Shown: positions 11,528 through 24,346 of the stretch, piece after piece
How the letters are laid out: every line of letters starts with the position of its first letter
How positions within the stretch are numbered: the stretch's first letter is position 1
Notes under the pieces: generated by a model
Database searches by the model: none
What the model was told of the DNA's origin: nothing
The model's input: the letters and a program-made list of their open reading frames with translations, nothing else
Origin: Eutreptiella sp. 'Long Island Sound 2002'
Taxonomy: Eukaryota > Protista > Euglenida
Direction: 5' to 3'
DNA length: 64,000 bases
Assembly (NCBI GenBank): GCA_964036045.1
Contig: OZ038378.1
Span: 91,574,001-91,638,000, forward strand
Made by a program: the position numbers and the translations under genes

Positions 11528-13439
11528 ACAGTTACAAGTGCGATATTTGTGTTCCGCAATGAGATGTTCGCCAATTGTTTGAAGTACAAGACGGCACCGT
11601 TTCCTTTTCCGCTGCACCCTGATGCACCCAGCACAAGGCGTTGGTGGTGTATGCAACTCCTGTTTGGCACTTAGCTACGCGCATGTATGCTTGCCACGTG
11701 TGTAGTAAGCATTCCGTCAAGTATGACCCCATCAAAAATGGCTACACTTTGGATGGGGACATCCATTACAATATCCCCTCAAAGATTGCGGACCTCAGCG
11801 AGTACCAGAAGCGACAAATTGCACTTGGGGCCCTCTAGTCGAATACGCTAAAGCATGTGGATCTCCGTTACAAGCAATGGCACCATGAAATTTGTACCGT
11901 CAGTGTTGGTCGGAAGCCTAGCGAACACTACAATGCACTTTATGGTTTCATGACAATAAAAAAGGATATTTCGCGCGCTTACCAAAATCCCAAGGACAGC
12001 CAGCAAAGCACCCGGCAAATGAACCAAGTGTTGTTGTAGCTCAAGAAAATACACCCCTTTTATTCTCGATTCTTGGCGTACTATGAGACATTGTACCAAT
12101 ACTAGGAGAACGTGACCACCACCATGGGCTGTTTGACACAGCGCTCCTATGAAGATAAGCTCAGGAAACACTTGGAATACCATCTACAAGATGACCACGT
12201 CGCTTGGGCTGTGGAGTGTGATGCACCACGAATCATCATTCCGGATGTTGCTCCTCACCGGGACAAAGTGGGCTTCCTCCATCATACACCCTTCCAAGGA
12301 GCGGGCGGAAACGTTACCACAGCTGCTCGATCATGGGCCAGTGACACTTATTTGCATTTTAATGACCCCAAGTTGGAACCGTGGGTATGGCCCGATTAGT
12401 ATCCTGGCGGCGTTTGTGGATATACGGTTGGTTGTGTTATTGGATACTACCGCAGCTGTTATCTTGCCTTTGATGGCCAATGGCATCGTGACCGGTGGTG
12501 GTCCTTTGTCCAAATGAGGAAAGAGATGAAGAACCAATTGATCCGGAATCAACAAAACTTCAAGGCTCAACGTGCGAATCGTGCAGAGGACAATACCGTA
12601 CCACATTTGAGAAGTGCAAGGAGTTCCTTGGGACCAAAACCGGCGCCAAGAAAATCGACCTCACAACAAACACACGCGCCCTCAAAGTGTCCGCTAGCAA
12701 GTCAATGCACCCAACCGAGTACAACTTCCGATTCCGTAACACAAAGCACTCAACACCCGCCATTCTCTTGCCAGCGTGCGGCAACCTCGGCATCATCGTC
12801 CACTCCGCCTACTGGTCCAAGCAAGAAGCCGCGGCCATGCCACCAAGACAGTGTACAATCTACGAACCACAGTCTCTAGCACGAGGGGACGGATAACGGT
12901 ACTGCCGAGCTCACCCCATATTATCGTTACGGAACTTACATAACTTCCAAATTGGTTGGAACGTGTTCCTATTGGGGCTCACGACATTTAGACCTTACAG
13001 CCATGAGTCGTGAACTTGGCAATGGTGACCTTTTCATCACTTGGCCCATGAATGACAAACTGTGCAGAAAGGGTGCCGTGCAGGAGCTGTGTGGCGTGGA
13101 GAATACTCCAAAAGCACAAGGCCAAACAAGCCATTCCAAGATAGCCACGATATGGAGGCTTGTGGCTTCCTATGGCACTTTGACCCTGAATGCTACCTAC
13201 AATGGGGGGATACCAAATATCCACTAGAACATGCTGCACTTTATGCTTTTGATGGTGCAAGCACTCATTTCGTCCCCCTTGAAGGTCATTACAGTTTGTC
13301 ATTGCGCTCGTGGAAGTAACCTTCCTATGCATGCACATGTGGTCTTGTGGTTGCGCACTTTTCCACTACAATTACTTTTAATCAGCTTCTGTCATATTTA
13401 TGTATGTCGCCTAACCCATCATAATGGGGGCATTCTAGC

Positions 13440-14460
13440 CAACAATGCATTCATATATGCAAGTGCCATGACTTCCCGCTGGCTTGCCTATAATTGCATA
13501 TACTTTGCAAATGGACATTGTTTCCACCTATTACCGTGCAATTTACGGCTTTCTGGACTTCGCATCGGAGGTGGACCCTGGACAACGTGGGCTTTGGATA
13601 CACTCCAAGTCAATGCAAACAATCCATTTTCCAAACCACTTCCATGCTGCATGGCCCACACCCGTAGAAGCCGGCCAAATTACACATTTAGAAAACCAAA
13701 ATACAAAAGCATTACACAATAAAGTATGCAACATTTGGCTTGGGAGGGCAGGTGTACTCTTAATGGAGTTACCTTCACATATCCATTCATGGTAAACAAC
13801 GTTGTGCATACACCTGCAATTGTTTCCATCGCTTACCTTACCATTTCCAACTTTCTTGACTTCGACCATAGGTGTACCCTTGACACGATTACCTTCAAAA
13901 ACGCACCAAGTAAAAATTAATCCATTTTCTAATCCGTTGCCATGGTCAATGGCCCACAGACACAGACAAGGCAAATTACACGTTAAGGAAACCCACTACA
14001 CAAAAAAGCATGCAATATTTGGCTCGCGAAAGTAGGTGCACTCTTAATGGTCTTACCTTCACTTTCTTTCCCTAAGACCACGAACCATTCATCATAAACA
14101 ATGTTGTGCGCGCACCTTTAATTGCTTCCATCGATTACCTTAGTATTGCGGGTTTCTTGATTACTATCACAAGTGTACCCTTTGCAGGGTTGCCTTCAAA
14201 AAATCTCCCTGTCAAGTGGAACAATCCATTTTCTAATCCATTGCCATGGTCAATCCACAATGGCCCAAATGTACCCACTTCACACCCTTTTTAAACAACG
14301 CAAATCATGCCGATGTGCACACACGCACCCAAAGCCAAAAGCCAACTGTCGTGCACACGCCAATTAAACGGTCCCACACTTAACTTCGGAAGGCCAAAGC
14401 ACGCTTATTAGTGTTGCCTTCAAATACGCTTCACGTCAAGTTTCATGATCCATTCCTTCC
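13440..14460. repeat. Old degenerate ~300-bp tandem repeat (3-4 copies)
   Basis: tccatttt(c)...ccatg...ggcccaca at 13623, 13921, 14225. gtgtactcttaa(t/c)ggagttacc variants at ~13752, 14036, 14751 and also ~10003. Confidence 0.65.
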
Positions 14461-15155
14461 AGTCGTGTGCATATGTCCATTGATACATCCATGAATTAGC
14501 CTAAGCCTCAAAGTGTATCTTGATTGTAGTTCAAGATAGCCCATGAGGGCATGGTGAGTAATAGTTGGGACCATTTGGTTGTATTGGTCCAAGATAATGG
14601 TGAATGATTGGCAACCTAGTTTCTTGTTGTCATTCGAACCCTACGAACCATGGACAACATTTTCGCAAGGGGTGCACACATCCTCAAATCAACGTGCTAT
14701 ATTGGGCACATCCAGATCTCCATTTCGAGTGTTTCCATATTCTCTTCCTAGGTGTATTCTTAACGGAATTACCTTTAGTGCAAAATATGGACACTACACC
14801 CACCTGCCGCGTGAGCCACGCCGAACTAATCACCAAGGTCAGCGGCTCAGCCGCTCCAAATTTCGACTCAGGATTTCAAGCATGCCCCAACAACAACCCG
14901 GACAACCGTCACCGAGGTGCTGTCAAGTGCACCCAAAACACACAATGCCGGCGAGAGAGCCGCAACGCCAAGAGTGAATGGAGAAGGCCACGGCCCCTCG
15001 ATGGCCCCTTAGGGGACCGGGGGGGGGGGGGGGGGCTAGCACCATTGTCATTACCCGCACACAATTATGGGGGGAGTACGTACACCGGGCACTACTTTTA
15101 CGGCAGCCTCATCCGGAATGGGTTGCCTTTTACTCTATTGTAAAATGCCCCCTAA

Positions 15156-15877
15156 GGGGGAATCTTTGCACTGCGCGCGCACTGCGCGCTGCACTGTGCG
15201 CGCACTGCGCGCTACTTTTAGACTATGTTCCCCCCGAAGAGCCCCCAAGCAAACCCCTTGGAAACACCCTTAGAATTAGGTGACCCAAACTGCCCCAGCT
15301 CAAGAAAGTTGCAAACTACCTTCCCTTCGCATAACACACATCATGCACAACTGGAAAAGCCATGAACAGCGCATTGGTCGCCACCCTCAAGAATACACAA
15401 CTCCCTTTCTCTTCCATTGTCTACTAAGTACACATGGACTCCATCTTGCATTGGCGATTTACCACCCGTAGTGCATCTTGGTAGTACTCCAAGTGGATGA
15501 GCCCATCTCCCGCCATCCCAACCACCGTGGCAGGAACTCGCACGCCGTTGGAGCGGGTGTAGAACACCCGATCGCCAAGACTCAAATCCACGAAGAAAGT
15601 GTGTCTAAGAAAGGAGGAGGGGGGTGTGAAGTCCTGTAGCATGTGTGCAAGCACAATAGATCAATGTGTGCACACGAGCATTGCGCCTTGCCATGCCTTG
15701 ACACAACCATGCTACGCCTTGCCATGCCTTGACCCAAACGTGCTACACCTTGCAAAACCTCCACTAGGGGTCACCATGATGCCCCTCGGGGCCCCTAGTA
15801 TCTCAAAGTATGCGTCTCTAGTACGGCCAGACGTCCCAATAGTTGCACTGCGCGCGCACCGCACTTGAGGCTCCCCC
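15156..15877. mobile_element. Non-autonomous TIR element, PIF/Harbinger-like, copy 2 (722 bp), TAA target duplication
   Basis: cctaa|GGGGGAATC...GCTCCCCC|taag. Imperfect TIRs carry tgcgcgcgca. A 3-bp TAA TSD with G-rich termini is characteristic of PIF/Harbinger. Confidence 0.7.
15427..15590 (-). pseudogene. Tudor/SH3-fold-like domain fragment carried inside the Harbinger-like element
   Basis: LSLGDRVFYTRSNGVRVPATVVGMAGDGLIHLEYYQDALRVVNRQC aligns gaplessly to 19169-19324 (12/39 identities). The fold call is inference. Confidence 0.45.
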
Positions 15878-17732
15878 TAAGAAGAGGAAACCCTCGGGGA
15901 CGAGACCTATGTAAAGATCAGTCCGTATTCCCCAATCTAGCACCTCCGAAGGTGAAAATACATCAAATGGCTCCTTGGGAGCAACCACCACCATAGTTCG
16001 GGGTCTCCAACCTGGAATGTTAATTTTTCCCACCCTTGTCCAAATAGCGGAGGGCAATTATAGTTCTTTGAGCTTAGCCACAAGTTAATCTACATCTCTG
16101 TCGGGAGAAACGGCTAAGTCTCTGTGCTGTGCCGCGTCAAGTGCTCCCCCATGGGTGATACACCAATCCACCCACCTATCCGGGGTCCTTAGAGCCCGCA
16201 ACTAGCGGGCCTATGGCCCGCCCAACCCCCAAGGGGGGGGGGGGGGGGCAAAACAAGTTGCCTAAAGGCTACCAGTGGTAAGTTCACAGGGGTTAGCCAA
16301 TGAGACCTTGCTCGGTTCTACCAGGCTTGCCCTCTTTGAATTTGGCACTCCATGGGCTTTAGAAATCATATTGACAGTGGCACCTTGCATTCTTGAGGGG
16401 CGAGTAGTGGGCGACCCAAACCGTGATTCCCTTCAATAATCTCTGCATATCCAACCTCAAAGGGCCCTTGTAACCTTAGGATAGCCTGAGGACCCCCACA
16501 TGGGTTGTCCCCCTTGGCGGCTGTAATTGGGGGGGAGGGGGGCAGAGTGTGTCTTTATACCATATACTACAATACCCCTTTCCGCCAAGCAACAAGCAAC
16601 AAGCAACAAGCACATCATAACTCTGTTTTGTGAATTTGTCACATGCCCGTTCGGGTTCCGGATTTGGTGCCGTGTACTTTTCCTTGCAACAGGTGGCCCT
16701 CCCAATTCTACAGCTTGAGCCGGGGCAAAGATGCCAAGTTGGGTACGCCAATTTGGGTCCATCAACGACCCTATCCCCCCCTTTTTTTGTGGCCTCCACC
16801 CCCGTATATGGCCCAAACAAATGCCAAGACCCCTTGTTGGTGGCATATGGCACCATGCGAGCAGCAAACCCAAGCCTGAACTGGTTTAGGCCAAAATGGA
16901 TCCAACGAAACCCAAAAAAAGATGCCCTTTTCACAAATGATCCAAGACAACTTGGGATGCCAAAACACGTGGCTTGGGCTGGGTAGGGCTTGCTGCCGCC
17001 TGCCAAAAGTACCAAAAAGAAACTTGAAAATGCTCCGTTTTGAGACTCACATGCGCTCAAAAGGGGTGAAAAATGTGTTTTGTCAAAAAGGATCTTAGAC
17101 CACTTGAAATGTAAAACAAAGCAATTTGAGCCCATTTTGGGCAACGTGTTGATCTGCTTTGGCCCACTAAAGATGCCCAAAAGCCTTGAAAATGGGCCAA
17201 GTAGCGACTAAAAATTGTTCAAGAATGGTTAAAAAACAACACAGCCCCAAAACCAAGAATAAGCCGTATCTCCAGCGATGTGGCTCAACACCCAATTTGG
17301 AGGGGACCCGCCCACCCACAGCCCTCCACTTTTGCTGTTTCCATCCCGGAGAATGGCCTGACCGGACCCTTAGACCCACCTGTGCCCAGTTGCCTTGTGC
17401 AGGCTGGGGGCTTGAGCAAACACCGGTTGGGGCAAAGATAAGCCCTCCAGGCCCACCGAGCCTAAACATATGACTTTTTCAAAAATGATCCTAGACATCT
17501 TGGGATGCCAAAAAGTGGGTTGGGTCCATTTTGACTTGGACAAAACACCTTTACCCGCCAGAGTGGCGAACAGGATAGCCGTATTTGGGGTAAGGGAAGC
17601 CCATACCCGCCAGGAACCCAACCCCCCCTCCGCCGTCACAACTTGTCGTCTGGTCCCTCAACAATTCAAAATTCCTGCACGAACCAACAAATGTGGGGCA
17701 CCTGCCCATTGCCCCCAATCTCCTACCAAGAA

Positions 17733-20130
17733 TTACAAGCTTAATCTGCACCTTCTTTGGAAGCGGGCATGCAAACCAGTGCCTGAGAGACTCGTGGGCA
17801 CGGCAGCCGCCAGGTCAGGACGGACTTCGGAAAGACATGTTGCCCAGTCACTTCGCAGGCAGGTAGGGACATGCCCCCTAAGGAGCTCTGTCCCCATTGC
17901 ACCACCAACAAAACCAGGTCGGGGGTCCTTAAGGAGCTGAAATGAGGGGGCTGTCATCAGAGAGGAGGCCTTAGAAATGACCAAATGCTCGTCCCATACC
18001 TTGCGTGGCCTGACCTGGCTCCCAGGCCTTTTACCCCTGCCCACACTAGGCCGGTTGCTTCCAGAGTTCTTCGCAGCACCCCTTCCCGCACTCTTCCTCG
18101 TTTTGCCTTGGCCTTGGGCTTGGCTTTCCGCAACAGGCTCCCAGCACTGGCATGCTCCTCCACACGGAATCATCATTGCACTCCTGCCGCAGACACCCGG
18201 TGCCAACCCCACCAAATCCTGGGACCCCAGACTGGACCCCAGGCCATACCTCACTCGGGCCTCTTTCTAAACTCTCTAGACTCCAACCATCCTTCAACGC
18301 CAGGGAAAGGGGCACGCCATGCAGCTCACCCGCATACCGCTGCCTCTGAGGCCTGTGTCTCCAGCAGTGCAATGCGGGACTCCAGCTCCTCCTTCTGCTT
18401 CCGCAGCTCCGCTGCATGAGACTTATTGACCTTTCCCTGGACCTCGAGCTCATCAATGGTGGACTTCAATGCCACCATTAGATCTTGGTACTTCTGGATC
18501 CTGTCAAGAGGGCCCAAGGGGGGAAGGCATGAGTGCAGTAGAGGCGCAAAGGCAGAGGTAGCGGCGTACTGTACCAATCCTGACTATTTGCAGAACCCTA
18601 TTTTTTCCATTGGGTGTTTTGAATTAATGACAAGCAAAATTTTTGCAACAGCATTCAAAATAGGGAAAAATTATTTTATCGTTGCGAATTTTTTCTGCGG
18701 AATTCAGTTTTTTGCGGAGCTTATTGTGGCGCACAAAGGCAAAATATTTTTTGCGGGGGTTTTTGGCATTTTGGAGATTGGGGTTTATTCATTTTGTTGC
18801 CACTGCAAAAGACCAGGTGTACCTTGGACTCTGGGATTACAGTCCATTCCTACAAGGCAAACAAATGTGGATCAGTTGGACTCTGGGATTGCAGTCCATA
18901 GCACAGATAAGCACCAACAAGCAAGTGTTTCGGCTGATTCAGGTACAGCAGTTTTTCAACGAACCCGTCCCAAACTCATCCATAATAGTGCCCATGGCAC
19001 GTGAAATGCTGAAAAAACAATGGAATTTGCAACATGGCCGAACTATTTCTTCACAGAACTGGTTTGTAATTTCATCTGTGCACAGGGCACATCAAATGCT
19101 GAAACAATGCTAATGAAAACTTTGCGGGAGCAGAAAACAAGAAAACACATGAACACACAAAGGCCCACCTATGCGATTTGCAATTTGGCCCTGGGCAAAG
19201 AAAGGCGGACCACGCTAGTGCCATCCTGCTGGAACTGAATATCATATTTGCTATTCCGATCATTTTTAATCACCTTGGCCCCATCGGTAGCCCCGTTACC
19301 ATGAGTGTACGAAACAACCCTCCCCATGAAAAAAACGATGACCTCGTGGGCAGGCTTTGGGGTAGGGTCATGACTGGCCTTAGGTTGCCTTAGGTTGCCT
19401 GGGGGCTGGCTACGCATTGCGAGCACGCTGCAATAGCAGGTTTGCATGCCCTGGCAGCACCCCCATTTTCTGGAGCCCAACTTTTGAGGTGGTAGTCAAC
19501 TCCGCCTTACCGCATACAGCTGCACGTGCAAGAGGCTGCATTGTGCTGCTCACACCCAAATGTGTGCAACAGAGTTTTCAACTCACCGCTACACTCTAAA
19601 ATTTGCAGATACCTTGTAGCTGCAAACGCACGTGCACTTGCACCTACAACATCATTATGAATGGCACGGGGTGGTTAGGCATGCAAGTCTGCCAGCACTC
19701 ACGCCAGCAGCACAATTTTGGGCCTGCTGCCGAAAAGATCGGATGCGGGACTCCAAAATAGTCCCAAATACTTTTGGAAACAATTCACACAGCACCGATG
19801 CTGCAATTGCATCCGAGCCCTTTTCTTGAGCGATGGCTAGTGCTATCTCTTGCGACGTTGTGTCCCATTGCTTTGACCTTTTCGCCTTTTTCGGGTTTTG
19901 GACCGAAAAGTGGCCCAAAGCTTTTTCAACTAGCTGCGCCACAATGAGCCGTGCAAATCCTTCAACATCGAAGGAACCCAGGGGTCGGCCTACGGGACGA
20001 CGTGGGGCAAGCTTAGCAGAGCTAGCAACCTAATTGGCCATCCCAATGACGATGCCTTTGCAAAAATCAGACATAGCTGCCTCGTTTGCTGCAGGAGCAA
20101 AGCGCACCACAACCTCCTCATGGGGAATGA
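17733..20130 (-). pseudogene. Multi-exon gene relic: HTH-like N-terminus, Tudor-like domain, coiled coil, basic region
   Basis: KQWDTTSQEIALAIAQEKGSDAIAASVLCELFPKVFGTILESRIRSFRQQ followed by a gtgagt donor. Tudor-like GRVVSYTHGNGATDGAKV. Coiled-coil exon 18500-18338 bounded by ttgacag| and |gtatgc. KAKPKAKAKRGR follows. In-frame stops are present. Confidence 0.5.
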
Positions 20131-21976
20131 CAAATAAATAAGTGCGAAGGCTGTACATGGGCCCGGTAAGCAGAGCAAAGCAAAGCAACGCCGCATAGGT
20201 GGGGTAAAAACCACCCCTGTGGTCGTGTTAGTCTTGTTTACCTTGGCTGGGCAAGTCGGCTTGCTCCCCCAGGAGAAATCCTCGATCCATGGGTTTAATC
20301 CTTTTTTCCCTCTCCCCACCGTTTGCAACTCACGAGCACCAAGTGGTGCTGGCGAGTTGGGTTGGGAGAAATCAGAACGAGAACCACCCCCTTTTCTTGC
20401 TTTGGGGGACAACAAACACAGATCCCCTGACGAAGCCCCGATGATCCAAAATTCCCGGATACCTGATCCCGATCAATGAAACATTCTGTAGAAGTGATGC
20501 AAGGTGTAGAATGGGGCATGATACGAGGAAGGGAGGGCCAACGGGCAGTGGGGCAAATAAAGAGCTTTCATCCCCCAATTTTGACATGGATATTGTCGCA
20601 AAGGGGGGGGGGCAGGGGCAGGAATTTTTTTGCTATTTTTCGCAAAAACCCATTTTTGCGAAAGGCACGAAGCCCAAAACCGATTTTTTTGTTTTTTTTT
20701 TGCGAAAAACAACACCTTGTGCCAAGAATTAATCATTTTCGCAAATAGTTAGGATTAGTACAGTATCGGGGCGCAAACGGGGAGGGGGGGTTCGACAAAT
20801 GTATAAGGGGAAATATGTACACACCTGTACTTGTACAGCTGCATGCACTGTGTCTAGGCCAGGCCAAACATGCCAACACATTGACAATATGGACGGAACC
20901 TCCACAAGGCTGACCTTGTTGCAGAAAGTACTTCACTCAGAAGCACATAATTGTAGCAGACAGTCGCAGGGGGGGCATAAAATTGGAGTAGGTTTGCCAG
21001 TTGCAAGTTCCGGTTTAAGAATTGGGGTGGGGAAGACTGGTACAAAAGGGGCCCAAGGGCGAGTGTAGCCTTGATGGGTTCCATCAAGGGGCTGGGACAT
21101 CAGGGGCACAAGACTCATTGGGGGTGGGGGTACACAATAATGTGAGCGGGAGTGGAGAGAGCCAGGCAGTTGGGCTGCACGGTAGGGGGTGAATGAGGCG
21201 GGGCTTCCGGGGTCTGTGGATATTTCAATGGGGTATGCCTCTCCCTGAATTTCTTGGGGTGCACTACACGCACACGTACATCTGCAAACCCCCAAACCCA
21301 AGGCACCGTAAAAACTGCACTCGTTTTGAAAACATGCGCACGAAAGGGGCCTAACCCCTTGGATCGCAAATGCATGACCCATGAAAAGTTTACGGCGGCA
21401 GCGGCATAAACATTGATGAATCTCGGTCAAATTTTGCATTTTCCTGATACCAAGTTGTATCTGAAAAACGCAGCTCCATCAATGGTTTAAACTAGTAGCA
21501 CAGAATCCGGACCTTGTTTAGATATGCTACGAAGCGTCATTGACAACCTGAGGGGAATGTGTACAGCAAATCCACAAAAACAAACATACTGCTATTGGTT
21601 GCATTTTCCAAACAATGTCAAAGACATCTCCCTAATTGGACAACTGCAAGGAGGGAAATGTTGATCAACTCGGTCCCCCAGACTATGTCCATGCTCCATT
21701 TTTTGTAATGTTTGGTGTAGAAATTAACCCTCAATGTCACATCTCCATGCAAAAATTTTTACAGCATCAACACCGTAAAAAAAACTTGTTTGCATGGCGA
21801 TTAGAAACCAGTACTATGGCCAAAAAATATTTACTCTGTGTGAAGGAGAAGGCAAGAGATGGACAAAGGGATTGTCATAGTCCATTGTTGCTTCCCATAT
21901 GTGCTAAGTGTGATCCCCGTCATCACCTCTGGCAGCTAGACACACCAATGACGACCCCCAATGCGGGGGGGGGGGG

Positions 21977-23707
21977 GGTCATTATATAGTGGATACACAT
22001 TTACAGCGCCACCGCCGTAAATGTTTAGGGCGCCAGCGCCGAAAAATGAGATGGGTGAATTCCGACGATTATCGTGACAATGGAGTTTTCGTAGAGGTGC
22101 CCTTCACTAGCAGCAGCCAAAAAACTTCCGGGTGCATCTAAACACATTGACAAATGTTAAAATTGCAAATTATACAAATTGCCATATGTAGGGGTCATGA
22201 AAATATGGGGCTGATCTCAAAAGGTGTCCACAGTAGCCTGATCGGATCCAAAAGTTGAAATTGTTAGGTTGTCTTTTCGGGGGTGTTTTGAAATAGGCTA
22301 TAAGAGCGAGAAATTATTTCAAGTGGGGAGCCCCCCAATCTCACTGTAGTGCACCACCTTCCCGCACTTCCTGTTTCCAGCGATTATCATTACAATGGGG
22401 TTTTTGTGGCACTGCTCGTCATAAACACGAATGACAAATGTGACCATCATGTGCTTGGGTGCACCCTGGCCCATGTGTGCCGGAATCATGTACGTGCGGT
22501 CTGGCTACACTTGGGGGGCTAGGAGATCAGAATTTGGATTGCAGCCCCATGAAATCACACATTTTGCTGTAACTATTGCACGTTTTGCAACATTTTAATG
22601 CTCTTTATAGTTTTCCCCTGCCAGCCCCCAGTTTTGCTAGACTGTACATAAACAATTGCAGCACACATAAGCCAAGGTGCACCCAAGGGCATGATGGTCA
22701 CAGTTGTCATTCGTGTTGATGACGAGCAGTGCCACAAAAACCCCATTTTCACGATAATCGTTGCAAACAAAAAGTGCGGGAAGGCGGTGCACTACAATGA
22801 GATGGGGGGGCTCCCCACTTGGGGCTCTTACAACCTGTTTCAAACACCCCCCGAAAAGACAATAATTTCAACCGTTGGATCCCATTAGGCTGCTGTGGAA
22901 ACCTTTTGAGATCACCCCCGTATTTTCATGACGCCTACATATGGCAGCTTCTGCGGTTTGCAATTTTAACATTTGTCACTGTGTTGAGATGCAACTAGAA
23001 ATTCTATTGCCTTCGGCACTGCACCTGGAAGAGAGTGTGACGGTCAGCCAATTAGTCAGTCAGTCAAGCAAGCGGTCAGTCAAACATCTAGTCAGGCAAG
23101 CAGGCAGGCGGAAACAAACACACGGATTGGATTTTTTCAGTGGCAGACTGGGCTTCAAGCAGTGGGGAGAGCGGCAGCTGTCAGAACAAGCAATGGTCGA
23201 ATGGTAATGCATCCGACCGTAGGGGTGCACGTCAGCAGTTGGAATCCTAGTCGGCGGTTCCCCGGCAGCGACGGCCGAACAGTCATCTTTGCCCAATCTG
23301 ACCCTTGTTCAAACCTTGCTAAGCACAACTTTTGCCCCCCCCCCCCCCCCCCGCCCCACCCCCAAAAAAATGATATCCAGTTTTAGGGGATAGAGGCCTC
23401 AAGATGAAAAAATCCTTTGGGGGATTGTCTTATTCGGCAAAAAAATGATTGGACATCAAATATCATGCCTTGGGGTATGCTACGCGAATGACCCCCCATG
23501 AGGGGGGTATAAGACGCCCGCGCTTGTGCTTGATCTAACAATCTCTCTTTGAGGTGTTTTTTGGATGGTGCTAGTGAAGGGCACTGCCACAAAGGCCCCT
23601 TCGCCACGATAATTGGAGGAATTTGCCCCATCTCATTTTACGGTGCCAGTGCCGTAACGATTTACGGTGGTGGCGCGGGAAATGTGTGCCCACTACAGAA
23701 TGATCCC
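21977..23707. mobile_element. TIR element (~150-bp imperfect TIRs) enclosing an inner foldback
   Basis: 21977-22125 is the reverse complement of ~23557-23707 (e.g. gtgcccttcactagc / gctagtgaagggcac; aaaatgagatggg / cccatctcatttt). Confidence 0.75.
22133..22992. repeat. Foldback palindrome, ~380-bp arms with ~100-bp spacer
   Basis: 22133-22520 mirrors 22620-22992 (gacaaatgttaaaattgcaaa / tttgcaattttaacatttgtc; gtggcactgctcgtcat / atgacgagcagtgccac). Confidence 0.9.
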
Positions 23708-24346
23708 GCCGTGCGCTTCTGCTAACAACTTTTGAGTTCATCCCCATATCAACATGATGCAACAAGTGGGCTATGCATGTTCCTCCCATGTTATTTGTCT
23801 CCGCCCTTCTTCGACACAAAAGGATCCAAGGAGGGGTGTAGTCTCTATTCCAGGGGAGGGGGAGGTTTGTATCTCCTACTGCCTAGGTACTTCCCCTCCA
23901 ACAACCGTGCAAAGTTATGGTGCCAGTGCCGGAAACCCTGCCAACCCAACTGCCATCCCCCTTTTGGCAACCCCCACACTTAATGGAAATCCTTGCGGTG
24001 TTTACAACACTTTTCGCAACTACACGCCCCACATTTACGGCGCTATGCGCGTTCACAGTGCACCACAAGACCTTTTGTAACCCTTTCCTACCCCCTCTGC
24101 ACTGTTTGTGGCCGCCTTATTCAAGTGATGGTGCACCGGATGAGCCAAGAAACGCAGGGTGAGGATGATAAGAGGGCACAGGGTCATAGGCGTTTTGAGG
24201 CACCCACCCACACAAGATTAGGGCACCCACCCAAAAGGGTGGGGGTTTCCCGCGATGAGCATTTGTCTTGTTGTAGCCATCTTTGTTTGTGCATGAAAAA
24301 ACCATTTTTTCATCACGTTAACCATTCCAAGGCGGGTGATAAAAAA

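Larger units (their letters stand above)
10039..13200 (+). pseudogene. Helitron/Helentron RepHel N-terminal half (Zn motif, DUF6570-like region, start of Rep domain), disrupted and truncated
   Basis: Mostly one frame: CYRC...CHVC; KNGYTLDGDIHYNIPSKIADLSEYQKRQIALGAL; MNQVLL*LKKIHPFYSRF; DPKLEPWVWPD*YPGG; YYRSCYLAFDGQWHRDRWWSF; GTCSYWGSRHLDLTAMSRELGNGDLFITW. These match known Helitron Rep motifs. No HUH motif or helicase is visible downstream. Confidence 0.8.
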
